A stretch of 64,000 nt of DNA from positions 47,858-111,857 of IMG/VR virus record IMGVR_UViG_3300037471_000902, one strand, 5' to 3'. Shown here in pieces: positions 1-11,085 of this stretch. A model generated the notes under the pieces. That model searched no databases, was not told the origin of the DNA, and was given only the letters and a program-made list of their open reading frames with translations. A program made the translations under genes and the position numbers. Within the stretch, counting starts at the first letter, position 1. Each line of letters opens with the position of its first letter. The stretch comes from a virus.

Positions 1-5
1 GAATC

Positions 6-887
6 TCATTTCAGTTCTTCTGGAATTGGAAGCTTGGCTTCTTTGAGTGATTTTATTGCATCAGCAAAAATCTCTTGAGCATCTTTTCTAGCCCTAATTT
101 GCTTGATGACGTCTTCGGCAGTCATGATGTCTTTTGCTGATACATTCTGTCCAAATAGGAATTTGGCAACAGTATCTGGATCAGTGATGATATCTGGATT
201 TGGGTCAAACTTAATATTCTTTCCAGAGATAGCCTGGGCGTGCATGGCTAATTGGCCTGGATCCATCTTATTCATCGTCTTTCCAAACGTCTTTGTTTCC
301 TTGTCATATTTTGCGGCTTTAAACAGCCGCTCTACGCCAGTGTCTAATTTGATAGCTCTTGACGCACGAGCTACGACTTCACCCTTATACTTCATGATGA
401 AATCTTTTCCACCTTCATGAGTATGGCGCATCGCTGCCATGAGAAGGAAGTTTCTAACTACGCCTGGATACTTAGACTTGTCACCTTCGGAAGAATAGTA
501 GATGAACTTTGCCCATGTTTTGTCATTCACAAACATTAAGTCAACCTGAACTTTCTTTCCGCCCACATCTACTGCGTATGAGCCGATTTTTGTTCCCTTG
601 TTGAACGTGCCCTCATTGTTTACCAATTCCATCATTTTCAAATTGGCTTGTTCGCTAGACATCTCATCATTTCCTATGACGATGTCAATGTCACCGCTAT
701 CATTCTTTTTACCCGCAAGAGTGAGGTGAACCGTTCCAAGAGTGCGGTTCTTGATATCGGGCAAATTGAGAGTTCGACCCACGATGTCAAGGGCTTTCTC
801 AATGTCTTCTTTCGTTGCTCGCTGAGTGTTGAACTTCTCAGTTGCAGCACCGCCCTCAGCAAGAAATTGTTTGAATGTTGTGACCAT
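6..887 (-). CDS. Pol-beta-superfamily nucleotidyltransferase-like protein with an N-terminal capsid-targeting-like sequence
   Basis: LGT...KKNDSGDIDIV (DxD) plus a third Asp in VQVDLMF. N-terminus MVTTFKQFLAE resembles the T4 internal-protein CTS (MKTYQEFIAE). Minus-strand TAAATA at 912-917. Confidence 0.6.
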   Translation of the reverse strand: MVTTFKQFLAEGGAATEKFNTQRATKEDIEKALDIVGRTLNLPDIKNRTLGTVHLTLAGKKNDSGDIDIVIGNDEMSSEQANLKMMELVNNEGTFNKGTKIGSYAVDVGGKKVQVDLMFVNDKTWAKFIYYSSEGDKSKYPGVVRNFLLMAAMRHTHEGGKDFIMKYKGEVVARASRAIKLDTGVERLFKAAKYDKETKTFGKTMNKMDPGQLAMHAQAISGKNIKFDPNPDIITDPDTVAKFLFGQNVSAKDIMTAEDVIKQIRARKDAQEIFADAIKSLKEAKLPIPEELK

Positions 888-911
888 TTGTTTGAATTGG
901 TGTTCTAGATC

Positions 912-924
912 TATTTACTAAATA
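912..924. promoter_or_regulatory. Back-to-back divergent late promoters (TATTTA-C-TAAATA)
   Basis: Two inverted TAAATA boxes 1 nt apart, between divergent ORFs 6..887(-) and 946..1911(+). A gp55-like sigma factor is encoded in the window. Confidence 0.65.
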
Positions 925-945
925 TCTGATTACAGGACACGTAAA

Positions 946-1911
946 ATGCCCAATCAATATATCACGCCAGTCTGGAACAGTGAGGTGTGTCACACCCTTA
1001 TTCTTAGAACTGGCTCTGTTTCTGCTGGGACAGTCACTGTCAAATACATGAACCATCGTCTGTCGACGGGCGATGTGATGAGTTTGGAGACAAATGCTGA
1101 GTATTCAGCATGGAGTGGTGAGCACCCCATTACAGTGGTTGATCAGAACACATTCACATTTTCAATCACAGGCACGCTACCTTTTCCTTCTCAAAAACCA
1201 GGACAAGGAATTGCACTAACTGCAAGATTTAAAAAGTACTCACAGCTGATGACATTTCCAGCTAAAGCGAGAATCACTATACCTGCTGGAACAACAGTGA
1301 TTGTGGAGCATTATGATTCTGGATGGAAGACGCTGAAGACACTTCATTCGACCGATAGTCCTTCTGATATTGTGTTCTCCAATCAATTCAAAGAAGTCAG
1401 ATTGCAAGTTTCTGCGGGACCTGGTCAAGGAGAAGCCATCGCTATCCATGAATCAGCACCACCATTGTCCGATCCAACTACCACTTATCCTGTCCCAACA
1501 ACAATTCCAACTATTGGAGCACCTGGTACTTATGGGGTGGTGACAGTGAACGAATTTGGACAAGTCATTGCTGGCGAAGCTCCGCAGGGTGAGCAGAATA
1601 TTTTTAGTGGATCAGCGCAAGTTACGTCAACTTCGACGACAATCATCGATTCAATCTCTACTGTCACATACAGATCGGCAAAATATCAAGTTCAGATTAC
1701 TGATGGCGTTAACGTGGAAACTGTAGAGGTTATGCTGATGCATGACAACAGTGATGTCTTTGTTTCAGAACATGGAAACGTATTCAACTCGCCAAATTCG
1801 CTTGGAAACTTTAATGCATTAATGTCTGGGAGCACAATTTCCCTTACATACACCGCATACACCGCCACTAACAAAACAATACGCTTTATCAGGACGGCTA
1901 TTGATAGTTAA
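946..1911 (+). CDS. Virion structural / tail-fibre-associated protein
   Basis: N-terminal HRLSTGD...ITVVDQNTFTF beta module. C-terminal YRSAKYQVQITDG...ETVEVMLMHD domain is paralogous to the C-terminus of 1945..5982. Confidence 0.65.
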   Translation: MPNQYITPVWNSEVCHTLILRTGSVSAGTVTVKYMNHRLSTGDVMSLETNAEYSAWSGEHPITVVDQNTFTFSITGTLPFPSQKPGQGIALTARFKKYSQLMTFPAKARITIPAGTTVIVEHYDSGWKTLKTLHSTDSPSDIVFSNQFKEVRLQVSAGPGQGEAIAIHESAPPLSDPTTTYPVPTTIPTIGAPGTYGVVTVNEFGQVIAGEAPQGEQNIFSGSAQVTSTSTTIIDSISTVTYRSAKYQVQITDGVNVETVEVMLMHDNSDVFVSEHGNVFNSPNSLGNFNALMSGSTISLTYTAYTATNKTIRFIRTAIDS

Positions 1912-1944
1912 ATAAATAGATCCTAGAACTTACCTAGGGTCAAC

Positions 1945-4900
1945 ATGGCAACAATTAAGGACTTCTTCGTTAAACAAGGTGCACAGGCAACGACAACACT
2001 CGTTGCGGGTGCAGGTCAGGCAAACCAGCTCACACTCGCTGGTGGAGCATCCGGCTCTCCGGGCATTGTGAGCCTGACAGCGTCTGGCACTGATACTAAC
2101 ATCAACGTAAACGTAGTCACCAAGGGAACCGGCATATTCACTGTTAACGGTAACCCCATCACGGTGACTCCGGCTGGCACGAGTGGACAAGTCCAATACA
2201 ATAACAGCGGATCATTCGGTGCTTATTCGATCACTGGTACTGCTGGTTCTGTTGTTATGTCCAACGCGCCGACAGTCGTAGGCGGATCATTCACAGCCCT
2301 AACGACTCTTACTGTTCGCAACGCCGGTACTGGTGCGTTCGATATGTCTGTCTCGCACAACGGAACCCTAACTGCGAACAGAACCCTAACAGTCAATCTT
2401 AACGACGCATCGCGAACTCTCTCCCTTGCAGGCGACTTAACACTAGCAGGTGCGTTCACTACTTCCGGCGCAAACGCACTGACACTGACAACTACTGGTT
2501 CGACTAACGTCACGTTGCCTACTGCGGGTACACTTGCGACTCTGGCAGGAACAGAGACGTTCACCAACAAAACGCTGACCACACCGCAAATTAACGCGGC
2601 AACAGTCGGCGTAAATGCGGCGGTAACTGCAGGTACTAACGCACAGGGTCAAGGTGCTCTCACTAGCGACATCAACGTCATCACGACGAACGCGTCGAAC
2701 CCAGGTGGTGTGACTCTGCCTACCGCTACGGTAGGACGTTGGGTTTCAATTGTTAACAAGTCAGCTAACCCACTGAAGGTTTATCCAGCCTCTGGCGCCG
2801 CGATTGATGCCGGTGCAGCTAACGCTTCAATTGATCTTCCTGCTGGTGGTAAGCTAGAATTCCTTGCTAGCTCGACCACGCTGTGGCACTCGTCTGCGAC
2901 AGGCGCCAAGGGCAACGGTATCCTGACTCTGGCAGGTAATTTGACCACGTCAGGTGCGTTCGCTACCACCTTCACAATGACTGGTGCTACAAGCGTCACC
3001 TTCCCAACGTCTGGTACACTGATGACCACGACTGGTAACACGTCAGGTCAGGCAGGTTCTGTTGCAAACGCGGTCACGTTCAACAACGGTGGTGCAGGTG
3101 CTGCATCAGGCTCGACGTTCAACGGTTCGTCTGCAGTCACTGTATCGTACAATACGATCGGTGCTCCATCAACAACAGGTACAAACGCGTCCGGTACATG
3201 GGGCATCTCGATCTCGGGAACCGCAACCAACGCGACAAACGTTGGTATTACTGACGACACAGCAACCAACGCTACGATGTATCCAGCGTGGGTTACTGCC
3301 AACACTGGTAACCTACCAGTAAAAACAACGTCGACAAAGCTGACGTTCAACCCATCAACAGGTGTACTGTCCTCGACGTCGTTCACTGGTGCAGGTACCG
3401 GATTGACTGGTACTGCAGGCTCATTGAGTATTGGTGGTAACGCCGCCACGGCAACCAAGGTCAATAACGCTGTCACGTTCAACAACTCGAACTCTGGTGC
3501 CGCATCTGGAACAACATTTGATGGTTCCAGCGCGATCACCATTTCGACGAACACAATCGGCGCTGTTCCACTAGCCGGTGGAACAATGACTGGATCATTG
3601 ACACTGAATGCAGACCCAACTCAAGCATTGCACGCTGCGACGAAGCAATATGTTGATGCAACTGCTAGTGGCTTGGATATCAAGGGTTCTGTTCGCGCTG
3701 CTACTACCGCGGCTCTGACTGTCACCTACTCTAACGGCGCAAGCGGCGTTGGTGCAACGCTTACCAACGCTGGTGCTCAAGCAGCTTTTGTTCTTGATGG
3801 TGTAACTCTTGCCACAAACGATCGTGTTCTCGTCAAGAACCAGGCATCTGCATTCCAGAACGGTATCTACACGGTCACTAACATTGGATCAGGCTCTACT
3901 AACTGGGTGCTGACTCGAGCTGTTGACGCTGATACAGCAACTGAAGTTACACCAGGTCTCTTCACATTCATTGAGGAAGGAACGACGCTAGGTGACACTG
4001 GCTGGATCTTGACATCCACTGGTGCAACGACTATCGGTACTACCAACCTGCCATTCACCCAGTTCTCTTCAGCTGGTGTGGCTACCGCGGGTAACGGTAT
4101 CGTTCAATCGGGTAACGTTTTCCACTTTGCGAAGTCTTCGAACTATACTGTTGGCGATCTTTTCTACGCCAACTCTACGACGGGACTTACGACACTAACA
4201 GCTGTCGCGACAGGTAATGCAATTATTTCTGGTGGTGTTGGTGCTGCTCCATCATGGGGTAAGATTAACCTCGACACTTCTGGAACTGCACACGTAACTG
4301 GTACTCTGCAAGTTGGATCTGGTGGTTCTGGTGCTACGACACTAACTGGATACCTCAAGGGCAACGGTACTTCTGCCTTCACCGCATCGGCAACAATTCC
4401 TGGTGCTGACATTAACGGCAACATTTCTGGAAATGCAGCAAACGTAACTGGCACTGTCGCGATTGCTAACGGTGGTACTGGCGTGACCTCGACTACTCAG
4501 TGGGGTATCGTATACGGTGCGTCAAGCACCACATATGGAACAACTGCGGCTGGTACAGCTGGACAGGCGCTTGTTTCCAACGGATCTGCAGCACCAACAT
4601 GGCAGACACTTGACATGTCGTATCTGCCAGATTCTGCATTAAAGAAATCTGTAAAGGCGGCAACCACAGCTAGCGTCACCCTCGCTGGTTCTGCACCCAA
4701 CACGCTTGATGGTGTCACACTTGCAGCTAACGACCGCATTTTGGTTAAGAACCAGGCTACTGCTGCTCAGAACGGTATCTACATTGTTCAAACTCTGGGT
4801 ACAGGCGCTAACGGTACTTGGGTTAGATCCGCAGATGCTGACGTTGCTAGTGAAATTGCAGGTGGTTTTGTAAACGTTGACCAGGGAACTGTCAACGGCG

Positions 4901-5982
4901 GACTGATGTTCAAGACGACGTTCAAGACGACTGACACGCTTGGCACCACCGGCATGACTTGGTACCAAGTCTACACGTCAAATGACTCCGCAACAGCTAA
5001 CACTGCCAACGCTCTTGTTCTGCGTGATGGTTCTGGTAACTTCAGCGCTGGCACAATCACTGCTACGCTGTCTGGTAACGCAACATCAGCGACCACTGCA
5101 ACTAACTCGACGAACGCGGCGATCACTGATGACACGTCAACCAACGCGTCGATGTTCCTCGCATGGGTTACTACAGCGTCTGGCAACCAGGCAGTGAAGG
5201 TAAGCTCTACAAAGCTGACATTCAACCCATCAACTGGTGTGCTGACAGCGTCGGGTGGTTTCTCTGGAACGGCTACAAACGCAACGAACACTGCGATCAC
5301 AGATGACACAGCGACTAACTCGACGATGTACCCTATGTTCGTCGCGGCAGCATCTGGTAACCAGCCAAACAAGGTAAGCTCCACAAAGCTAACCTATAAC
5401 CCATCAACTGGAACATTGTCTGCAACCACGTTCAGTGGTGCGTTGAGTGGAACTGCGACGAACGCAACGAACATTGCGATCACCGATGATACCTCTACTA
5501 ACGCCACGATGTACCCAGTGTGGGTTACTACAGCATCTGGTAACCAGGCTGCTAAGGTGTCAAGCTCGAAGATGTCGTTCAACCCTTCAACGGGTACTGT
5601 AACAGCGTCTAACTTCAACACTGCTGGAACCACGACAACTGGTACCACAGCGTATGGATCAAATGCGACAGTAACGACGGGTTCTGCATCTGTGACCACG
5701 ACGTCAACTACAACTGTTGACACATGGCTTGCTACATCATATCGTTCTGCGCGCTATACAGTACAGATTGCTGATGGAACTAGCTATGAAACAGCTGATA
5801 TGCTGATCATCCATGATGGTACAACAGCATACGTTACTGTCTTCGGTAACGTGTTCACGTCAGCATTCTCGTTGGGTAACTTTGACGCATCCATCGCGAC
5901 TGGTACGCTTAGCGTCACCTATACCGCGACGGCAGCTACTTCCAAAACCGTGAAGTTTACTCGCCAGCTAATGACTGTCTAA
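1945..5982 (+). CDS. Long tail fibre protein 1 (Thr/Gly/Ala/Ser-rich, repetitive)
   Basis: Fibre motifs: ADPTQALHAATKQYVD, two LDGVTLAxNDRxLVKNQ...NGIY modules, ~60-aa ITDDTxTN repeats, LRDGSGNFSAGTITA. TAAATA upstream. Confidence 0.8.
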   Translation: MATIKDFFVKQGAQATTTLVAGAGQANQLTLAGGASGSPGIVSLTASGTDTNINVNVVTKGTGIFTVNGNPITVTPAGTSGQVQYNNSGSFGAYSITGTAGSVVMSNAPTVVGGSFTALTTLTVRNAGTGAFDMSVSHNGTLTANRTLTVNLNDASRTLSLAGDLTLAGAFTTSGANALTLTTTGSTNVTLPTAGTLATLAGTETFTNKTLTTPQINAATVGVNAAVTAGTNAQGQGALTSDINVITTNASNPGGVTLPTATVGRWVSIVNKSANPLKVYPASGAAIDAGAANASIDLPAGGKLEFLASSTTLWHSSATGAKGNGILTLAGNLTTSGAFATTFTMTGATSVTFPTSGTLMTTTGNTSGQAGSVANAVTFNNGGAGAASGSTFNGSSAVTVSYNTIGAPSTTGTNASGTWGISISGTATNATNVGITDDTATNATMYPAWVTANTGNLPVKTTSTKLTFNPSTGVLSSTSFTGAGTGLTGTAGSLSIGGNAATATKVNNAVTFNNSNSGAASGTTFDGSSAITISTNTIGAVPLAGGTMTGSLTLNADPTQALHAATKQYVDATASGLDIKGSVRAATTAALTVTYSNGASGVGATLTNAGAQAAFVLDGVTLATNDRVLVKNQASAFQNGIYTVTNIGSGSTNWVLTRAVDADTATEVTPGLFTFIEEGTTLGDTGWILTSTGATTIGTTNLPFTQFSSAGVATAGNGIVQSGNVFHFAKSSNYTVGDLFYANSTTGLTTLTAVATGNAIISGGVGAAPSWGKINLDTSGTAHVTGTLQVGSGGSGATTLTGYLKGNGTSAFTASATIPGADINGNISGNAANVTGTVAIANGGTGVTSTTQWGIVYGASSTTYGTTAAGTAGQALVSNGSAAPTWQTLDMSYLPDSALKKSVKAATTASVTLAGSAPNTLDGVTLAANDRILVKNQATAAQNGIYIVQTLGTGANGTWVRSADADVASEIAGGFVNVDQGTVNGGLMFKTTFKTTDTLGTTGMTWYQVYTSNDSATANTANALVLRDGSGNFSAGTITATLSGNATSATTATNSTNAAITDDTSTNASMFLAWVTTASGNQAVKVSSTKLTFNPSTGVLTASGGFSGTATNATNTAITDDTATNSTMYPMFVAAASGNQPNKVSSTKLTYNPSTGTLSATTFSGALSGTATNATNIAITDDTSTNATMYPVWVTTASGNQAAKVSSSKMSFNPSTGTVTASNFNTAGTTTTGTTAYGSNATVTTGSASVTTTSTTTVDTWLATSYRSARYTVQIADGTSYETADMLIIHDGTTAYVTVFGNVFTSAFSLGNFDASIATGTLSVTYTATAATSKTVKFTRQLMTV
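5090..5620 (+). repeat. Three tandem ~60-aa coding repeats (TATNATNxAITDDTxTNxxMYPxWVTxASGNQxxKVSSxKLTFNPSTG); a further copy at ~3220-3390
   Basis: Visible in the translation of 1945..5982; boundaries approximate. Confidence 0.8.
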
Positions 5983-6001
5983 CGACAGTTTTAATCAGGT
6001 T

Positions 6002-6030
6002 AAGGGGGACACCATTTAGGTGTCCCCCTT
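6002..6030 (+). terminator. Strong hairpin after fibre gene 1 (probable terminator or processing stem)
   Basis: Perfect 12-bp stem AAGGGGGACACC-ATTTA-GGTGTCCCCCTT with only a short U tail. A new TAAATA follows at 6048-6053. Confidence 0.6.
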
Positions 6031-6077
6031 CCTCATGCGCCAGTGGATAAATAAAGCGTTGATCGCTAGGAAATTTA

Positions 6078-9000
6078 ATGGCAACGAAAAACTTCTTCAC
6101 ACGCGCACTAGGCGTAGATTTTGGTAACTGGACGCTAAATCTTGACGCGTCAGGAACACCATTCACTGCCAACAGGTTGCTGTCATTTGACACTGCAGAT
6201 TCAGATAGAACTATTTCTCTCTCAGGCAACTTAAGCATTGCCAACAACTTCACAACGTCAGGGAATTTTCCTCTAACACTCACAACCACTGGTAGCACTA
6301 ACGTCACGTTTCCAACTAGTGGAACATTAGCAGTAACGGGCTCAAACACCTTTACTGGAAATCAGACAATTTCTGCAGCGGGAAGCACCTCATCAGCTCA
6401 ATTGGTGTTCTCTGGCACAACGATGAACTGGGTAGATTTTGGAATACTTGGTTCCGCGGCTCCAGCGTTCACTACACGAAGCGCAGGAACCAAGATTGTT
6501 CTGTCAAACACATTGTCTGGTAGTGCTGCAGATTTCGCGTTGGGTATGGAATCTGGTGCGATGTGGTTCTCTGCTGCCGGAACAGGTAACAGCTTCAAAT
6601 GGTATGGCGGCACTACCACTGCCATGACATTGACTGGTGGTGGTAACCTAACGACAACTGGTTCTCTTACTGTTGGTTCAGGGATTACTAGCGCAAACAA
6701 CTACTTAACGTTGGCAAACCCAGGTATCGGTTTTGGTAACGGTTTCTCATTCACAAGAGGCACTGACCAAGCGGGTATTAACGTAATTGAAACAGCGAGT
6801 GATACCACGCTGTATGAAATTTGGATGGGTGATAACCCTGATGGGACATCAGACGCAATCCAGTTCAGATGGACTGATTGGCAGGGCGCCAACAGTATGG
6901 TTGTTCCATTTTATATGGCCGACAAATCTGTTCGTGTTGTTGGTTCACTTGCGCACTGGGGCACCATTTCTCAGCAAGGCGCAAGCAATTTCTACACGAC
7001 AGCCAACACCAGTGCTATTAATGGAGCAGATAAACTTCTCCAATTCAACACGATCGGAAAACTACGAGTTGTAGGTTCAACTGTTGACATAAACGCATTT
7101 GACGTCACTGGCTACAGTGCAACGAGCGGTAACTCGTTTTGGATCAAGCTAGATACCACGACCACGTTTGCGTGGGGGTATGGGTCAGTTTCAACTGGCA
7201 CCGCGACTGCGACTGGCATTGCACTGTCAACATCACCACAAACATTAGCCAACGGGGTGTCTGTCGGATTTACAGCGACAACCGGAGCTGTTGGTGATGC
7301 TTGGCATTGCCGAATTTACAAGGGCACAACTAGCTCACCAAATGCTCTAGGAAGCACCAATATTACTGGTGTTCTAAACGTCAGTCAGACAACCGCGAAC
7401 GCAATAAATGCCAGCCTTGCTAGCATGGGCAGCACCGCTGACACAAACTTCAAGTTAGTAGTTGCCAACGGTTCTGGTACAAACGGAACCGGACAAGAAG
7501 TAGCGAATCTTGGTGTTCGCTATAATAGTGGATCGCTACTGTCTGGATTCAGCTTTATTCGTGGCGCTTCTTCTACTAACTCGTATTTTGATTTTTACTC
7601 TGACGGCTCGGTGCGCGGCCGCCTTACTGGTGGTGGAAACTTATTAATCGGTACGACTACTGACGATGGTATCAGCAAATTGCAAGTCAGTGGTCAGGTA
7701 ATGACCACTGCTAGCGTTAACCTCTCGTCAGGCAGTACGAACGGGGCTGGTTCGGGCGGGGTAGTGTTGGGTCTTAAGTTTGCGCAGGCAAACCCAGGTA
7801 CCGCGACGAACTACAAGATTGCAACCTTACCAGTATCAAATGCCGCAACATTTGAACATCTTGTTCTGGAAGGTGTCTTTGATTCTGGTTGGGGTTCAGC
7901 CAACAAGACAACATTCAAGATTCTTGTTAGCAACCGTAACGCGCTCATTGTGCAATACGAAAAGGGTGCTGCTCGCCAATCACATATTGACATGTACACT
8001 GAAGCGGATGGTTCAGTGTCAGTGTGGCTTGTCATGGATGCTAGCACGTACACTTCAGCCACCGTCAATATGCACGGAGTTGGGTCGTCGCCAGCTAACC
8101 ATATCCAGCTGTACCACAATCCAAGCACAGGCACGCCAACCGGTACTCTTTCGTTCAGCACCGCGACAGCCTCTCCAATCTATCAAACTTCTAGCGGTGG
8201 ACGCTTCATCATTGGTTCTGGTACAGATGATGGCGTGAACAAGCTTCAGGTTAACGGCCTTGCGAACTTCAGCACGGACGTAAACGTTAACGGCGACATC
8301 TACGTCATTGGTGGTGATGTCAGAATTAGAAACTCTGGCACAGGTGCTTTTAACTTTGTTGAGCGTCACAGCGGTACTATGACCGCTGATAGGTCTCTTA
8401 ACTGGGACTTGGGTGATGTTTCTCGCAACATTACCCTCGGTGGAAACATCACCACAGCTGGTAGCTTCACAATCTCCGGTGCATTCGCCACAACCCTGAC
8501 AGTTACTGGCGCAACAACCCTGACATTGCCTACCTCTGGTACAGTCATTGCGACGGCGAGCATGCAGGGCGGTCGCTCCTATTTGACGCATGATTTCTCT
8601 ACGTACATTCAGCTGTACGAGACAAAGTTCATCAACCCGACAGGATCAACAAACCTCCCTACTGGCTACTCTGGTAACGGATACTTATTTGGTATGGGCG
8701 CAGGTGACGTCGCCTCTCGCGGTTTTGAACTGCTTGGTTCCAGCTCTAACCAGTTATGGTACCGCGAGCGTGGATCTGGAGCGTGGATTCGAGTAGCAGG
8801 CACTGACCCAACTCAATATGGCACAGGCCAAACAAGCTATGCTACTGGCGACATGCTCTATGCGTCTGCCACGAACGCGCTCAGCAAGCGAGCAATTGGC
8901 ACAACAGGTCAAGCGCTAACCGTTTCAGGTGGAGTACCTACATGGTCGACTCTCGACATGAGTTACCTGCCTGACGCTGTCTTCAAGAAATCAGTAAAGG

Positions 9001-11072
9001 CAGCAACGACAAGTACGTTAACTATTACAGCTCGCGCGTCCACGACGTTAACTGTAGGTGGAACAGCCTTAACACTTGACGGTGTTTCCCTTGCAAACAC
9101 CGATCGCGTGCTTGTTAAAGACAACACAACTGGCGTCGCAGGTGCAGGAGCAGCTGATAATGGCATCTACTCAGTAAGTGGTATTGGTACTTCTGTTGTT
9201 TTAACGCGAGTTGTTGACGCTGACATTAGTTCTGAGATCGCAGGTGCGGTGGTTGGTGTTGATCAAGGCACTGTGAATGGTGGACAGCTGTTCACGACTA
9301 CCTTCAAGACAACCGATACCCTTGGCACTACGTCAATGCTGTGGTATCAAAACTATACATCGCAACAGTCAGCCACGGCCAACACAGCGAACACCCTCGT
9401 ATTGCGCGACGGTTCTGGAAACTTTTCTGCAGGTACAATTACAGCTACTTCCTTCTCTGGTAGCGGTGCATCACTAACTAGCCTTAACGCTTCTAACCTT
9501 AGTTCTGGAACAGTAGCAACTGCACGATTAGGTAGTGGATCCGCATACAACGCATCCTTCTTACGCGGTGATGGAACATGGGCGCGTCCAGGTAATTCGA
9601 TCGTGGCATCTGCTGTCAATACCGCTGGCACAGATCAGAACAAATGGGCGCGTCTAGCAGCACTGACAATTACAGCGCAATTTGGCGATGCTAATATTTC
9701 TCTTGACATAACTGGTTTAGGAACTGGGTCAGGAACATCGAGCTTTGGCAGAGTGTATGTACGCGTTAAACAACAGAACGCGATGGCTGGCGTTCCAGTT
9801 TATTCCCTATACTGTGATGGCTTAGTTGTTCTTGATCCAACCCGTCTGGCACTTGTTATTGTTCAGAATGATGCAAGTGCCACAGTCGCGGAACTATGGA
9901 TCAAGGCACCACTGACTTTTGAAACCATCTACGCCTTTGAACGTTTTGGGTATGTAAGCAGTGGGTCTATCAATTATTACACTGGTTCAACATATCAGGC
10001 AGCTCTTCCAGCAGGGTCATTTATCACCGCTGATCCGATGCCGGGATGGATATTGAATAGCGGCACCGGCGATTTCGGAATCAACGTGTCTCACAATGGC
10101 ACCTTGACAGCCAACCGTAATCTATCGTGGAACCTGAATGATGCTGATCGTACGGTTAATTTGTCAGGTAACTTAACGCTTGCGGGCAACCTCACGACGG
10201 CCGGTGCGAACTCCATTACTTTGACGACCACTGCTCCAACTAGTGTTACGCTGCCTACGACTGGAACACTTGCAACAGTTGCAGACACCCTTGCGTTAGT
10301 GGGTGGGTACCCTGTTTCTGCGTCAAACACTGATTTAAACAGCTATACCACAACTACGGCATTCTTGCGCGGAACAAACATGACAAACGCGCCAGACTTA
10401 GGATGGTGGCAAGTTCTAGTTCAGACACACGACTCGGGTACATTGTGGGTAATGCAAACAGCCTGGGCTTATCAAGCTGGTACACCTGCTACGACTGCAA
10501 CTACGATGTACAAGAGAGCTCGAGTGAACGGTGTCTGGACAGCGTGGAACAAGATTATTGACAGCAACTCACTGATCCTTGCTAATACGCTCACCACGTC
10601 TGGTAACTTCGCGGTCACTCTGACTTCAACAGGAACAACCAACGTTACCTTGCCGACTACTGGTACTCTTGCAACGCTTGCAGGAACAGAGACGCTGACG
10701 AACAAAACAATGTCGACAGGAAGTACATGGAATGGTAATGCTGTTCCTGTCGCCAATGGAGGAACTGGCGCGACTACAGCTTTATCAGCTCGTGCTAATT
10801 TGGCCGCGGCGACCTATACTGCAGACACTGCGGCACCGTCAAATCCAAATGACGGTGACAAATGGCTAAATACAACCACTGGCATTGAGTTCACCTACGT
10901 TGATGATGGTACATCAGCACAGTGGGTTGAATTAGGTGGAACATTGGTCACGCAGAATGGTGCGCAGACGTACATAAGTGACACCCAACCAACAGATTCA
11001 GGACCATATTTCTGGATACAGACCGGAACAGGCTCAGATGGAACAGGCGTAATGCTCTGGTTCAACGTGTAA
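6078..11072 (+). CDS. Long tail fibre protein 2 with a pyocin-knob-like domain
   Basis: Shares shaft modules with fibres 1 and 3. Two IGT/GSGTDDGxxKLQV motifs. Knob-like DLNSYTT...NAPDLGWWQVLV...MYKRARVNGVWTAWNKI at ~10330-10560. Confidence 0.8.
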   Translation: MATKNFFTRALGVDFGNWTLNLDASGTPFTANRLLSFDTADSDRTISLSGNLSIANNFTTSGNFPLTLTTTGSTNVTFPTSGTLAVTGSNTFTGNQTISAAGSTSSAQLVFSGTTMNWVDFGILGSAAPAFTTRSAGTKIVLSNTLSGSAADFALGMESGAMWFSAAGTGNSFKWYGGTTTAMTLTGGGNLTTTGSLTVGSGITSANNYLTLANPGIGFGNGFSFTRGTDQAGINVIETASDTTLYEIWMGDNPDGTSDAIQFRWTDWQGANSMVVPFYMADKSVRVVGSLAHWGTISQQGASNFYTTANTSAINGADKLLQFNTIGKLRVVGSTVDINAFDVTGYSATSGNSFWIKLDTTTTFAWGYGSVSTGTATATGIALSTSPQTLANGVSVGFTATTGAVGDAWHCRIYKGTTSSPNALGSTNITGVLNVSQTTANAINASLASMGSTADTNFKLVVANGSGTNGTGQEVANLGVRYNSGSLLSGFSFIRGASSTNSYFDFYSDGSVRGRLTGGGNLLIGTTTDDGISKLQVSGQVMTTASVNLSSGSTNGAGSGGVVLGLKFAQANPGTATNYKIATLPVSNAATFEHLVLEGVFDSGWGSANKTTFKILVSNRNALIVQYEKGAARQSHIDMYTEADGSVSVWLVMDASTYTSATVNMHGVGSSPANHIQLYHNPSTGTPTGTLSFSTATASPIYQTSSGGRFIIGSGTDDGVNKLQVNGLANFSTDVNVNGDIYVIGGDVRIRNSGTGAFNFVERHSGTMTADRSLNWDLGDVSRNITLGGNITTAGSFTISGAFATTLTVTGATTLTLPTSGTVIATASMQGGRSYLTHDFSTYIQLYETKFINPTGSTNLPTGYSGNGYLFGMGAGDVASRGFELLGSSSNQLWYRERGSGAWIRVAGTDPTQYGTGQTSYATGDMLYASATNALSKRAIGTTGQALTVSGGVPTWSTLDMSYLPDAVFKKSVKAATTSTLTITARASTTLTVGGTALTLDGVSLANTDRVLVKDNTTGVAGAGAADNGIYSVSGIGTSVVLTRVVDADISSEIAGAVVGVDQGTVNGGQLFTTTFKTTDTLGTTSMLWYQNYTSQQSATANTANTLVLRDGSGNFSAGTITATSFSGSGASLTSLNASNLSSGTVATARLGSGSAYNASFLRGDGTWARPGNSIVASAVNTAGTDQNKWARLAALTITAQFGDANISLDITGLGTGSGTSSFGRVYVRVKQQNAMAGVPVYSLYCDGLVVLDPTRLALVIVQNDASATVAELWIKAPLTFETIYAFERFGYVSSGSINYYTGSTYQAALPAGSFITADPMPGWILNSGTGDFGINVSHNGTLTANRNLSWNLNDADRTVNLSGNLTLAGNLTTAGANSITLTTTAPTSVTLPTTGTLATVADTLALVGGYPVSASNTDLNSYTTTTAFLRGTNMTNAPDLGWWQVLVQTHDSGTLWVMQTAWAYQAGTPATTATTMYKRARVNGVWTAWNKIIDSNSLILANTLTTSGNFAVTLTSTGTTNVTLPTTGTLATLAGTETLTNKTMSTGSTWNGNAVPVANGGTGATTALSARANLAAATYTADTAAPSNPNDGDKWLNTTTGIEFTYVDDGTSAQWVELGGTLVTQNGAQTYISDTQPTDSGPYFWIQTGTGSDGTGVMLWFNV

Positions 11073-11085
11073 ATAAGGAATAGAA

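Noticed and set aside
160-205. DIITDPDTVA in the NTase, and MAALGDEE in 20636..21085, as further copies of the LxD[DG] motif
   Set aside because: Too degenerate to count by eye.
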